A stretch of DNA of 61,659 nucleotides, counting the filler. It is 6 parts of 6 records of this genome, joined end to end, with 100 filler letters (N's around TTAATTAATTAA, not from the genome) between each part and the next. Parts side by side here need not be neighbours in the genome. Positions count along the whole stretch, not along the records: positions 29,654 to 37,558 come from SRR31156797_10016; positions 37,659 to 46,333 come from SRR31156797_10024; 4 more parts are not named here. The stretch is one strand, 5' to 3'. Below the pieces are notes generated by a model. It was not told the origin of the DNA and made no database searches. It saw only the letters and a program-made list of their open reading frames with translations. Within the stretch, counting starts at the first letter, position 1. Each line of letters begins with the position of its first letter. Shown here piece by piece: positions 29,654 to 40,531 of the stretch. The translations under genes and the position numbers were made by a program.

Positions 29654-31028
29654 TCCGGATATCATATTCCTCAGAGAGCAGGACCCGGGATATGCTGGCG
29701 ATGGATTTGTTGAGCTCCAGCTCCTCTTTCAGGATGCCTTCGGACTGCTTCCGCTTGGTGATGTCCGAGATGATCGATATGAAACCGCTGACCTTACCCT
29801 GATCGTCCAGCTGGTAGTCCCATTTTATCTCAAGCCAGATGGCCTGGCCGTCATGCCTGGTGTTCAATGTTTCAAAGGGCTCGGGTTCCGGCTTTTCCGC
29901 AACCAGATAGGCCAGATAGTTTTTAAGCCTCACGGCTGCCTCGTCATCCAGCTCGCTATGCCAGATCGGTTTGCCGATGAGGTAACCGTCAGGTAGACCG
30001 AGTATTTCGTGATGGGCTTTGTTGCTGAAGGTAATGGTTCCGTCGATCGTGTTTTCCTGGATTCCGTAAGGAAGGGTGTCCAGAAGCAGTTTCAGCCTGT
30101 TCCGATTGTTCGTCAGCTCGATACTGGCGGAATGATATCTGTCCGTCGCCACCCCTGCGAACATCGATGCTATTACCGATGAAAAGAGATAGCTTTGCAA
30201 TTTTATGACCGTGACAACCGTTGTTCCGCCCTCCGAAAATACCGTCTCGTGGCCGGCTGCTGCTATCTGGACAGATATTATCATGACCGCGGAAGACAAA
30301 AGCGTCGCTCCCCATAGTCCGAAACGAATGGCCGCCCACAGCACCAGGGGGAGGGTGGCGAAGAGGACGACCTGATAGGCGTTGGGATTGTTCCTGAAAA
30401 GTGTGGCGCCAACTCCGATGATCGATACGGCCAGGAGAAGGAGAGTGTACAGAAGTTTTTCCTCCCGGAGACCTTTCCCGTTGAATGCTCTCAGCTTTTC
30501 CGCCAGGCAGAGGGTGAGGGGCGCGATGAATAAAATGCCCAGGCCGGCGGACATCACCCAGCTGCGGTAAACGCTTGCGTATGAAGTGTCCTGAAAGTTT
30601 GCGCTGATGACCGCGGCGCCGATGGAGGCGCTGACACAGGGCAGTCCCACCACGCAGACCAGCAGGAATGTTATAAGATCCCTGTAACTGGAGATTCTCC
30701 GCCTGTCTTCGACAAGGGAACCGTATAGCAATGCTCCCCCCAGGCTTTCAATGAGGTTTGCGCCCAGAAGGGGTAAAATCATAGTGAGAGGCCTGTCGGT
30801 GGTGAACGTTTCCATTGCCGCGGACAGGGGAAGCAGGATCAGCAGCAAAGGCGCCCATCGCCGTTTGTTCAGTAAAAGGAGGATGGCCAGGAGAAAGCCG
30901 TCGGGAAACCACATCAGGGAGATCCTGTCCGGCAGGGCCACAAGAGCGAGGGCCCAGCTGTTCAGAATCAGGTAAACGGCGACGATAGCGATCATGGACA
31001 GCCAGTTTCTTTTTATAGAAAAATTCAT
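29654..31028 (-). CDS. MASE1-PAS sensor protein, 3' truncated
   Basis: WFPDG..LA, W..S..GIL..AP and LWAAIRFG (MASE1), then PAS/PAC (FSNKA..ILG; WLE..G.V.GFISIISDITKRK). Confidence 0.85.
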
Positions 31029-31432
31029 GTTTGATCCCTTTTGAAAGACCTAATTCATTAATTGTAAGTCATACATGAGTTTGTTGAGGGATTGTCGCTC
31101 TCAAATTTCTCTTCTTAATCCCAAATGGCTCTATTCGTGTCCCGGATGGACGCACTCCAGTCGCGTATATCAACAGGAACGGGCAGACGCCCCGAGAATG
31201 ATGAGGGGGGATGGGATCACTCTCGGCGGATGAAGTGAGTCAGTTTACCGGCATCCGGCCTTCTCAGCAGCAAACAGGCCCGGATCCGTAATTTGTGTAT
31301 AACCATCCCCGATTCGTGAATTTGTTTCCGCCCTTGCCTGAAGTATCCTCGTTATATCAAAACTGAGGCCCCATCCGAGGATATCGTAAAGGCTCCGGAG
31401 GAGCTTTGGCAGGGCATAAGGAGTAGGATATT

Positions 31433-31786
31433 ATGAATAAGGTTGTATTGATCACAGGCGCTTCTTCCGGATTCGGAAAAGCCACAGCAATGAGACTTAA
31501 GAATGAGGGCTACACGGTTTACGGAGCCTCCAAGCGGGCCCTGGAGGGCTGGACAGATGCCCTGAGGGCGGAGGTGAAAGGCTTCGGTATTAAGGTCGTT
31601 ATCATAGAGCCCGGTGCCATGAATACGGGGTTCGCTGATGTGGCAATGAAGCAGGTGGCTTCCGTCGATCATCCTGAGGTATACCAGGACAATGTGAACG
31701 GTTTCATCCGGGGGATCAAGAACAGCTATGAGAAGGCGCCCGGCCCCAAGGCGGTGGTCGATACCATAGCCAAAGCCATCAAAAGC
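31433..31786 (+). pseudogene. Internally deleted, 3'-truncated short-chain dehydrogenase
   Basis: ITGASSGFG is followed about 15 codons later by YGASK and IEPG; the NNAG/Ser region is missing; homology stops at AIKS. Confidence 0.8.
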
Positions 31787-32271
31787 AGCTTCAGCATGTT
31801 ATTAATAACGTCATTGATCATCAGTTTCTCCGGCTTGACTGACTGCTTGCGGGCAAAGGTAAGGAGTTGGCGGGTTAGGTTAACCGAATGTTCCGCAGCA
31901 TTATAAATATCGACAAAGGATTCGTAATGAGGATCGTTCTTATCCATCTTGAGGAGAGACAGTTCCGAACGGCCCAGTATCACAGCCAGCATATTGTTAA
32001 AATCATGAGCTACGCCACCGGCCAGTTGACCAACGGCTTCCAGTTCCTGAGACTGTATCAGCTCTTGAAAAAGTTTTTCCTTCTCCTGTTCTCTCTTCTT
32101 CTGCTCGCTGATATCAGAAAATAATGATTCGATTCTCAGAGGTTCTCCCGATTCATCCCGGACCAGATGCGCACTTAATGAGACCCATATCTCGGATCCG
32201 TCGCATCCCCGCGCCCGGAGCTCATGATGCGTGATGCTGCCTTTCTCCAGCAGCGCCTCAATAATTTCGGT
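31783..32271 (-). pseudogene. Internal fragment of a PAS-HisKA histidine kinase
   Basis: DGSEIWVSLSAHLVRDESG..DISEQK..QSQELEAVGQLAGGVAHDFNNML..LTRQLLTFARKQ; no start upstream of the PAS part and no HATPase domain. Confidence 0.8.
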
Positions 32272-32511
32272 TTACAGTATCTCAAACCCAATATGAAGGA
32301 TCAAACCAGCCTTCCCGGTATCTGTAAAGCGGAAGATTGTCCTATGCCTTCCGGTTGGGATCCCGCATGCATACCAATGTACGTGAACGGTCTATTGAAA
32401 AAATGCCAAAATCGATAAAAGAGACTCTCTTTATAAATTACCAAACTCCGCCACTTATGCTAAAGTGTTGTCTTATAAAATATTCAAATCAAAATGTCAG
32501 TGGAGTAATGA

Positions 32512-34035
32512 ATGCCCTCTAAAATCGCTTTTGACTCAGAGCAGTACCTGAAAGAACAGACCGAAGCCATATTGAAGCGGATGGAACGCTTCGACAATAA
32601 GCTATACCTCGAGTTCGGAGGAAAGCTGGTGTACGATTATCACGCGTCCAGGGTTTTACCGGGATTCGATCCCAATATCAAAATGCGATTGCTTCAGAAG
32701 CTCAAGGATCAGGCGGAGATCATTCTCTGCATTTACGCCGGTCATATTGAACAGCGGAAAACCAGGGCGGACTTCGGCATTTCCTACGATGCCGACGCGA
32801 TGAAACTCATTGACAACCTCAGTCAGGACTGGGGACTGGAGATCAACTCGGTCGTCGTTACCCGCTATGAGGATCAGCCGTCTGTAAAAATGTTCATCAA
32901 CAGACTCAAAAGACGGGGGATCAGGGTTTATACCCACAGAGCGACCAAGGGCTATCCTATGGATATCGATCAAATCGTAAGCGACGAGGGCTACGGAGCC
33001 AATCCCTATATCGAGACCCAGAAGCCATTGGTCGTCGTCACCGGGCCGGGACCGAACAGCGGCAAACTGGGGACCTGCCTCTCCCAGCTCTATCACGAAC
33101 ACAAGAACGGAGTCCAGGCCGGGTACGCCAAGTTCGAGAGCTTTCCCATCTGGAGCATCCCTCTGAAACACCCCGTCAACGTGGCCTATGAATCGGCTAC
33201 GGCAGACCTGAAAGACGTCAACATCATCGATCCCTTCCACCTGGAGGCCTACGGCGAAACGGCGGTCAATTACAATCGCGATGTCGAGGCATTCCCCCTG
33301 CTCAAGAGGATCCTGGAGAAAATATCGGGAGCCGAATCCCTTTATAAGTCTCCCACTGATATGGGCGTCAACAGAATCGGCTTTGCCATAGTGGATGATG
33401 ATGCCGCTGTGGAAGCGGCGAAGCAGGAGATTATCCGAAGAACCCTCCGCTATTCCTGTGAGTACATGATGGGGCTGGCTAAGAAGGATACGGTTGAGCG
33501 GGCTGAGCTGATCATGCAGGAGATTGGCACGACCATTGAGGACCGCCCGGTTGTCGGTGTTGCAAGGGAGATGGGGCTCGAAGCGCAGAACGATGAAGGG
33601 AAGGGCAATCACGGCATCTTCTGCGGCGCCGCGATCAAGCTGCCCGACGATACGATCATCACGGGCAAAAACTCGCCCCTCCTTCACGCCTCGTCTGCCG
33701 TTGTGCTGAATGCCATAAAGCAGCTTGCCGGGCTACCTCAGAAAATACACCTCATTTCCCCCTCTGTCATCCAGTCCATCAGCGACCTGAAGAGGGAAAT
33801 CAGGGGAAGCAATGCCATAACGCTGGACCTGGAGGAAACGCTGATCGCCCTCGCGGCGTCGATATCGACCAACAGCAGCGCCTATCTGGCGGTAAAGCAG
33901 CTGAAAAAACTGAAGGGCTGCGAAATGCACCTCACACACATTCCCCCTTCCGGTGATGCGGCGGGCCTGAGAGATCTGGGATTGAACCTGACCTCCGATC
34001 CCTTGTTCTCTTCCGAGAGGTTGTTCGATAAATAG
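32512..34035 (+). CDS. DUF1846 (UPF0371) family protein
   Basis: KLYLEFGGKL..DYHASRVLPGF, Walker-A-like GPGPNSGKLGT, GYAKFE.FP and YKSPTDMGVN; GGAG RBS. Confidence 0.9.
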   Translation: MPSKIAFDSEQYLKEQTEAILKRMERFDNKLYLEFGGKLVYDYHASRVLPGFDPNIKMRLLQKLKDQAEIILCIYAGHIEQRKTRADFGISYDADAMKLIDNLSQDWGLEINSVVVTRYEDQPSVKMFINRLKRRGIRVYTHRATKGYPMDIDQIVSDEGYGANPYIETQKPLVVVTGPGPNSGKLGTCLSQLYHEHKNGVQAGYAKFESFPIWSIPLKHPVNVAYESATADLKDVNIIDPFHLEAYGETAVNYNRDVEAFPLLKRILEKISGAESLYKSPTDMGVNRIGFAIVDDDAAVEAAKQEIIRRTLRYSCEYMMGLAKKDTVERAELIMQEIGTTIEDRPVVGVAREMGLEAQNDEGKGNHGIFCGAAIKLPDDTIITGKNSPLLHASSAVVLNAIKQLAGLPQKIHLISPSVIQSISDLKREIRGSNAITLDLEETLIALAASISTNSSAYLAVKQLKKLKGCEMHLTHIPPSGDAAGLRDLGLNLTSDPLFSSERLFDK

Positions 34036-34114
34036 TGTGACCCGAATGTTCTTCCAGGATGAGCTGACGGGCGTATCGCTTGCCCTCCGGGTGCATCTGG
34101 ATTAACATCAACAT

Positions 34115-35209
34115 ATGTCGAGCTTCACCTGTCTTATCTGTCCCAACGGCTGCGGCCTCTCGGTGGTTCGGGACGAGGACGGTTTCCTGGTTAAGGGAAA
34201 CCGTTGCGCCAAAGGGGTGGGGTATGCCCGGTCCCGATTCAGGAAGCAGGGGAGCCCGGGGGAGTTCCGGTCGTTTCGGCCCTTCCCCAGCTACTCCGGC
34301 GATGAAATCGCCGCTGTTCTGGATCGATGGGATATGCCCCTGAGCGGGCTGGAAGAGGGCCGTTTTATCCAGGGCAGTCCCGAAAGATCCCTTTACCGCA
34401 CTTCACTCCGCTCCGGGAAAGACAGGCTGATCCTGGAGCAGATCGAGGCCGACAGGAGGCTTCCCTGCGAGAAGACGGGAAACAGGCTGGAACGCTGCAG
34501 ACGGGAAGGGCTTCCGCTGTCTCCGTTCATCCGGGGCCGGGACGGCGCCTTTGTGCAGGAGCTGGACGGCCGCTGTTGGCGGCTCACCCCCTTTGTGGAA
34601 GGGACGGGGCTGGACAGGTCAAGCTACTGGCAGGACGCCTGGAGGGGCAGGGCTCTGGGGGCGTTTCTTTCTAGGCTCTACGCCCTGGAAGAAGCAGACG
34701 ATAGTGAGCCGCTATTCGACCTGCCCGGGTTTATCCGGGATCTGACAAAGAAGATCAGTCGACATAATCCCCGATTGCGGAGTGAAATGAATCCGACCAT
34801 CGAACCGATCCTTGAGAGGCTGGAATCCGTCCTCTTCCCGGTCTACGACAAGATCCCCAGGGTGTTCGGCCACGGGGACTGCCATCCCCTGAATATCATC
34901 TGGGGGGAGGACCGGATCCTGTCGGTGATTGACTGGGAGTTCTCAGGCACCAAGCCGCTGCTTTATGACGCCGCTCTGGTCATGGGCTGTGTGGGCTCCG
35001 AGGATCCCGATGCCATGGGCGGAGCCTTCAACAGGGAGTTCTACCGCGCCTTCTCCCCTGAGATCCCGGGGGATCTGAAGACGCTGCTGCCGGATTTCAT
35101 TCTGGCCCTGCGATTTGCCTGGCTGAACGAATGGCTGCGTCATGACGACCGGGAGATGATTGATCAGGAGCTCTATTATATGAGATGCTTCCACAAAGGA
35201 ATATTGTAA
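34115..35209 (+). CDS. APH/homoserine-kinase-II-like phosphotransferase with N-terminal DUF1667-like Cys cluster
   Basis: CLICPNGC-x17-CAKG at the N-terminus; HGDCHPLNI and IDWEF kinase motifs. Confidence 0.8.
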   Translation: MSSFTCLICPNGCGLSVVRDEDGFLVKGNRCAKGVGYARSRFRKQGSPGEFRSFRPFPSYSGDEIAAVLDRWDMPLSGLEEGRFIQGSPERSLYRTSLRSGKDRLILEQIEADRRLPCEKTGNRLERCRREGLPLSPFIRGRDGAFVQELDGRCWRLTPFVEGTGLDRSSYWQDAWRGRALGAFLSRLYALEEADDSEPLFDLPGFIRDLTKKISRHNPRLRSEMNPTIEPILERLESVLFPVYDKIPRVFGHGDCHPLNIIWGEDRILSVIDWEFSGTKPLLYDAALVMGCVGSEDPDAMGGAFNREFYRAFSPEIPGDLKTLLPDFILALRFAWLNEWLRHDDREMIDQELYYMRCFHKGIL

Positions 35210-35317
35210 AAAAAAAGCTTTGAAATCATTGCCGAAAATCAGGTGGATGATTGTCTAAATGAATCGGTGAAAGGATTTATTGAGCTATTGATTACAAACT
35301 GTTTTGAGGAGAATAAC

Positions 35318-35806
35318 ATGTCAAAAACCACAGACAACCTAATGGACGCCTTTGCCGGTGAGTCCCAGGCAAACAGAAAGTATCTGGCCTTCGCCAAAAA
35401 GGCGGAACAGGAAGGGCATTTGAATGCAGCTAAATTGTTTAAGGCTGCTGCCGATGCGGAGACCATTCACGCGCTTAAGCATTTTGATGTAGCGGGAAAA
35501 ATCGGTTCTACCATGGATAATCTCAAATCGGGTGTAGAAGGGGAAACCCATGAATACAAAGAGATGTATCCTCCCTTTGTAAAGCAGGCTGAGGAAGAAG
35601 GCAACAAAGCTGCTGTCAGAACATTCAGTTTCGCCATGAAAGCGGAAGAAGTTCATGCCGGTCTGTATCAGGAAGCCATGGATAATCTGGATAAGGAGGA
35701 AGAGGTTTTTTATTACCTCTGTCCCGTTTGCGGAAATATCGAAAAAGCCGTCCCCGGAAAATGCAGTATCTGCGGCGTCCCCGGGGAGAAGTTCATCAAA
35801 TACTGA
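35318..35806 (+). CDS. Rubrerythrin family protein
   Basis: AFAGESQA, AETIHA, GETHE and AEEVHA di-iron motifs; C-terminal CPVCG..CSICG; GAGGAG RBS. Confidence 0.92.
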   Translation: MSKTTDNLMDAFAGESQANRKYLAFAKKAEQEGHLNAAKLFKAAADAETIHALKHFDVAGKIGSTMDNLKSGVEGETHEYKEMYPPFVKQAEEEGNKAAVRTFSFAMKAEEVHAGLYQEAMDNLDKEEEVFYYLCPVCGNIEKAVPGKCSICGVPGEKFIKY

Positions 35807-35833
35807 TTCCTGATTACGATTTGCTGTGAATGG

Positions 35834-35862
35834 AAGAGGCGTCCCGTGGGGGCGTTTCTTTG
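35834..35862 (+). terminator. Intrinsic terminator
   Basis: AAGAGGCGTCC/GGGCGTTTCTT stem after rubrerythrin. Confidence 0.6.
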
Positions 35863-35924
35863 TCTATAAAAAGTCCTTTGGGTATCAACACCCGAATACG
35901 GGCGGAAAGAGACCTGTTGTCCCT

Positions 35925-36863
35925 CTAAAGAGGGGCTTGTCTCAGCTGATCAAAAAAATCGGCAGATCGCGGTATCGCGCCGGTTGTGGACTGTATGGAA
36001 TGGCTCCACTGTTTAGGAGACTGTCCGTACATGCGCTTAAACTCACGGCTGAATTGAGAGGAGCTCACATAGCCGACTGACATGGCTGCGTCGCTCACAT
36101 TCATGCCGCCGGCGATTTTCATAGCGCCCTTGTTCAGCCGCATGGATTTTACAAACTGGATGGGCGACATTGTGGTCGCCTGTTTGAATTTCCGGTGAAA
36201 TACGGCCCGGCTCATCCCTACCTGAGAAGCCATGTCTTCAATGGTCACCGTTCTGTCCAGGCGGGAAGAGAGGTACTCAATAGACCTGGCAACTTCGTTC
36301 CCCACCCCGAAGGCGCGTCTTGCCGACTCTCCCGCCTCTCCCTTCAATATGGCATAGTAAAGCTCTCGAAGCCTGCCGTCTCCCAGTATCGCCGCATCTG
36401 TCGGATCGTCTCCCAATTGAAGCAGACGCAGCAGCGCCAGAGTGAAGGCTTCGTCCCATCCGGCTAGAGTCAAGCCCTGGGGCAGAGCGCCGCCTTTTGG
36501 CATTCGGATGGCTCCGGAGGCGTTCTCCATCTCGATGGCCAGTTCGGTCATCACCCTCGTATCCAGGGATATATGCACTCCCTGCAGGGGGTTGTCCGGC
36601 GATGCTTTGGGTGTGCCCGCCTCCACAGGCATCGTCATGGGGCAGCACATGTACTTGCTGTTGTCGAACACGTATGACTTACCATCCAGTATGGCTTCTT
36701 TCATCCCGCTCACGATGGCGATCACCGTGGGCTCGTACACAGCGGGGGCGCAGCTGTGGGATTCGGAAACCCTGAATATCTGAACCCCCTTTATGCCGGT
36801 GGCCATCAGGCCGTCCTCGCTCACCCGCTTCTCTATGATCTGCTTAATCTGCTGCTTGCTCAT
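35925..36863 (-). CDS. AraC family regulator (AraC_N/YqhC type)
   Basis: VYEP..IVSG.K N-domain; FHRKFKQATTMSPIQF and VGYVSSSQFSREFKRMYG HTH; divergent from an SDR. Confidence 0.9.
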   Translation of the reverse strand: MSKQQIKQIIEKRVSEDGLMATGIKGVQIFRVSESHSCAPAVYEPTVIAIVSGMKEAILDGKSYVFDNSKYMCCPMTMPVEAGTPKASPDNPLQGVHISLDTRVMTELAIEMENASGAIRMPKGGALPQGLTLAGWDEAFTLALLRLLQLGDDPTDAAILGDGRLRELYYAILKGEAGESARRAFGVGNEVARSIEYLSSRLDRTVTIEDMASQVGMSRAVFHRKFKQATTMSPIQFVKSMRLNKGAMKIAGGMNVSDAAMSVGYVSSSQFSREFKRMYGQSPKQWSHSIQSTTGAIPRSADFFDQLRQAPL

Positions 36864-37022
36864 AAACCCAACATAACACCGCGAACCGCGTATTTCAACA
36901 GTGCTGATACAAATAGGCAAGAATTAGAGATTAATGCGTCTTATTTAATATGTTTAAGAGACTTATATTTATTACAGGCAGAGCTTGACTGTATCATACA
37001 GACCTTTAGAGGAGTTTGAACA

Positions 37023-37558
37023 ATGGCAGATAAACGATTTGGAAAGAAGGGATGGACGCCAGGGCGAATCGGCTCTCTGGCAGGCAGGACCTACCTTATC
37101 ACAGGCGCGACAAGCGGTACGGGGTATGAGGCATCAAAGATCCTCCTCTCCAAAGGGGCAACCGTGGTGATGCTGAACCGGAACCCCGGTAAGTCGACGG
37201 ATATGATCAAGGCAATCAAAAGGGAACTTGGTAACGATTCAGATCTGTCGTTCATACGGATGGACCTGGCGGAACAGGGGTCGGTTAGAAAGGCAGCCGC
37301 CGAGATACTGGAGACGGTTCCCCGAATCGATGCGCTGATCTGTAACGGCGCGATCGCCCAGGTTCCCAATCGGAGATTAACCGCAGACGGCTTTGAAAGC
37401 CAGCTGGGCGTAAACCACTACGGCCACTTCCTGCTGCAGGGATTGCTCTATCCGCGCATTGAGGAATCGGGAGGGCGTATCGTGACCGTGGGCAGCATGG
37501 GTTATGACATGGGCAAAAGGACAATCAGGTTTGACGATATGAACTGGGATAAGGATTA
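37023..37558 (+). CDS. SDR oxidoreductase (retinol-dehydrogenase-like), 3' truncated
   Basis: ITGATSGTG, MDLA, LICNG and DGFESQLGVNHYGHFLL. Confidence 0.88.
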
Positions 37559-37658
37559 NNNNNNNNNNNNNNNNNNNNNNNNNNNNNNNNNNNNNNNNNN
37601 NNTTAATTAATTAANNNNNNNNNNNNNNNNNNNNNNNNNNNNNNNNNNNNNNNNNNNN
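37559..37658. other. Artificial contig linker
   Basis: N44-TTAATTAATTAA-N44. Confidence 0.99.
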
Positions 37659-40490
37659 GTGGACAATGAGAATGGCATTGTTGACCACAACACCGATAAG
37701 AATAACAAACCCGAGCATGGTCAGAATATCCATGGGCTGCGGGGCGACAAACCGATCTAAAAGCCAGAGCCCAATGAACCCGCCTGCCCCGGCCAGGGGA
37801 ACCGTGAACATGATAATAAGCGGATAAAGAAAATTGCCGAAAAGGGAGGCCATAAGCAGGTAGGCAATGACGGCAGCCAGGATGAAGTTCCACTGCATGG
37901 CTTTCCGGGCCATGGTCAGTTTGCCGGCAGCCCCGCTGATCCTCAAATCGACATGTTTGAGCATGCCCCCGGAGCGCAGGGGAGCGATAACCTCGTTTTC
38001 AATGGTCTCTATGGCGGTTTCCAAAGGCATTGTCAACGGAGGCGTGACCTGGAGAGTAACGGTCCGGTTCCTTTCCAGGTGCCGGATCCTTGTTATGCCG
38101 GTGGTATGGTGTATGGATGCCAGGCTTGACACAGGCACGGCCTTTCCTGAAGGTGTAACGACAAGCTGCCTGACCAGGTCCTCGGGTGTCGGCACCTGCG
38201 CGTGGCGCGTTTTGAGTACAATATCGAGCTTTTTTTCACCCTCGGGCTTGAAGTCGCCGATATCCCGGCCGTCCATAAGCACGTCAACGGCAATGCCAAG
38301 GTCGGTTGAACTCATACTGCTGGCCCTGAGCCGATCCCGGTCCGGAACGATATTGACCTCAGGGTACATCAGCTCAATAGACGGTACAGGCCTGACCTGG
38401 GAGCCGGGAATCGCACTCCGGATTTTTCCGAACATCATGCCTGCTGACCTGATAATCTGGTTCAGGTCCGCTCCGGAGAGATCAATATCCACGGTCCGGC
38501 CCCGGCCCAGACGTGTCTGGAAGATCCCCACCTGCATGGCCACTCCGTACATGCCGGGAAGTTCGGAAACCATGCGTTTAAACAGGGGAACAAGCTCTCC
38601 TGCGCGTTCCCAGTCCGAACTCATGGCTCCCAGAAAAATTCTCCGGCTGCTGCCCACGTAAAACATGTTCATGATCCCGGGAATCTTGTCATGCGACCCT
38701 TTTCCCATGTATGGGGCTGCTTTGTCATACAGCTGGTCGCCGATCTCTTTTCGTTCCGTCTGGGACAGGCCGGGCGGAGGCAGGATAATGGACATGACAA
38801 AATTACGGTTTCCCTGGGGCAGGTATTCCATCTTCGGCATGAGTCCTTTAACCGATACAACAGCCAGCACAACCAGGATCCCGACGGTGAGCAGCCGCGT
38901 GGCCCAACTCCTGACTGCCAGGGTAACCCCTTTCATCATGACAGCAGACATGACGGCACCGGCCAGTACCAGCGGATTCTTTGTTTGTTCCTTCCTGTGC
39001 CGGGTTTTGCCGAACAGGCTGGCTGCAAACATGGGAATAACAGAAACAGACACAAACAAGCTTAAGACAATAGCAAAGACCACGGCAATGGCAATGTCTT
39101 TGAACAGCTGTCCGGATTCCCCTTCAAGGAAGACCACGGGCAGAAATACGGCAACAGTGGTAAGTGTGGAAGACAAAATCGCGCCCCAGACTTCCCGGGT
39201 TCCGTCATAGGCGGCGGTAATCCCTGTTTTGCCCATTTTGCGGTGACGGTCGATGTTTTCGATGACCACAATGGCACTGTCCACAAGCATGCCCACGGCA
39301 AAGGAAATGCCGGCCAGGCTTACGACATTTAAATTTCTCCCGAACAGATCCAGGAAGATAAAAGTACCCAGAATACTGATGGGAATTGCCGTGGATACCA
39401 CCACTGTTGCCCTTAGACTCCGGGTAAACAAAAGCAGTACAATGATCGCCAGAATTCCGCCCACCAGGATATTTTGTTTGATGATGTTGATGGCACCCCG
39501 GATATAAGGTGTCTGGTCGGCGATCCAGGTGAATTGTACATCGGTGTCCTTAAGCTGGGTGCGGTTTAATTTTTCAACGGTCTTTTTGACACGATCCGTC
39601 ATTTCAAGGACATTGGCCCCATGCTCCGGCCGGAAACCGACAATGATCCCTTTCTTAAAGTTATGCGTGACAGCCGATGTCTCCTTTTCGTAACCATAAC
39701 GGACCTGGGCCACATCCCTGACCCGGATGCGGCGTTGTCCTGTCGATGAGATCACCACATCTTTGATGTCTTCGGGTGTTTTGAATTCAGAGGTGGTCCG
39801 GATCCTGAAATCACGTCGGCCAAGCTCCAGGTTTCCGGCCGAGATATTGGCGTTTTCCCGGGACAGCACCCGGATCAGTTCGTTGATGGTGATCCTGTGA
39901 GCTACCAATTTTTCCGGGTTCACCATGATGTGCAGCTGCTGCCGGGTGCCCCCGCCGACCAGCAGGCCGGCAACCCCCTGGATTCGTTCCAGGTGCTGTC
40001 TGATGTCCTCTTCAAAAAAAGTGCGGAATGTGCTGATCTCACGGGAGGAACCCTTCCGGGTTTTCAGGATGATCCAGGCCACTGGCGACCGTGCCGCGCC
40101 CGTGGCATTGATAACCGGATTGTCTGCATTGGCCGGATAGGATGACACTTCATTGAGCTTGCTGGAGACTCGCAGCAGGGCATCGTTCACATCCGTGCCG
40201 ATGGTAAACCTGAGAGTCACTCGTGATACGCCGTTGGAAGAGTCGCTTTCCATTTCTATAAGGCCTGGCAGACTCTTTAACACGCTTTCCTGCTCTTCCA
40301 CAATTTCCCGTTCGATTTCATAGGGTGTGGCCCCCCGCCATGTGGTGCTCACGGTGATTTCCGGCTCTATGACTGTGGGGCTCAGCTGGTAGGGGAGCCG
40401 CTGCATGCTGATTATCCCAAAGAGCAATACCAGTATGATGACAGCAAGAACAGTGACTGGTTTTTCAATCGAAATTTTTATCAGATCCAT
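37659..40490 (-). CDS. RND efflux permease (AcrB/AcrD/AcrF family), 3' truncated
   Basis: AIPIS.LGTF, GMLVDSAIVVIENI, STLTTVAVFLP and GVVVNNAILIV. Confidence 0.93.
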
Positions 40491-40531
40491 AGCTTTGTCT
40501 TCAAACCTTTATTATAGATGATGTAAATGGC

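Noticed and set aside
31433..31906. 157-aa ORF as an intact mini-SDR
   Set aside because: The catalytic core is deleted, and the last 40 residues are antisense read-through of the kinase fragment.
32656..33687. 343-aa antisense ORF inside DUF1846
   Set aside because: Shadow frame of a GC-rich gene with no recognisable motifs.
35243..35317. Extended N-termini in the ORF track (also 608, 13419, 13443, 18363, 36920, 47930, 48010, 50614, 53349)
   Set aside because: Downstream ATGs fit RBS or promoter positions and family N-termini better.
37867..39210. 264-aa and 181-aa plus-strand ORFs opposite the RND permease
   Set aside because: Antisense shadows of a well-supported gene.
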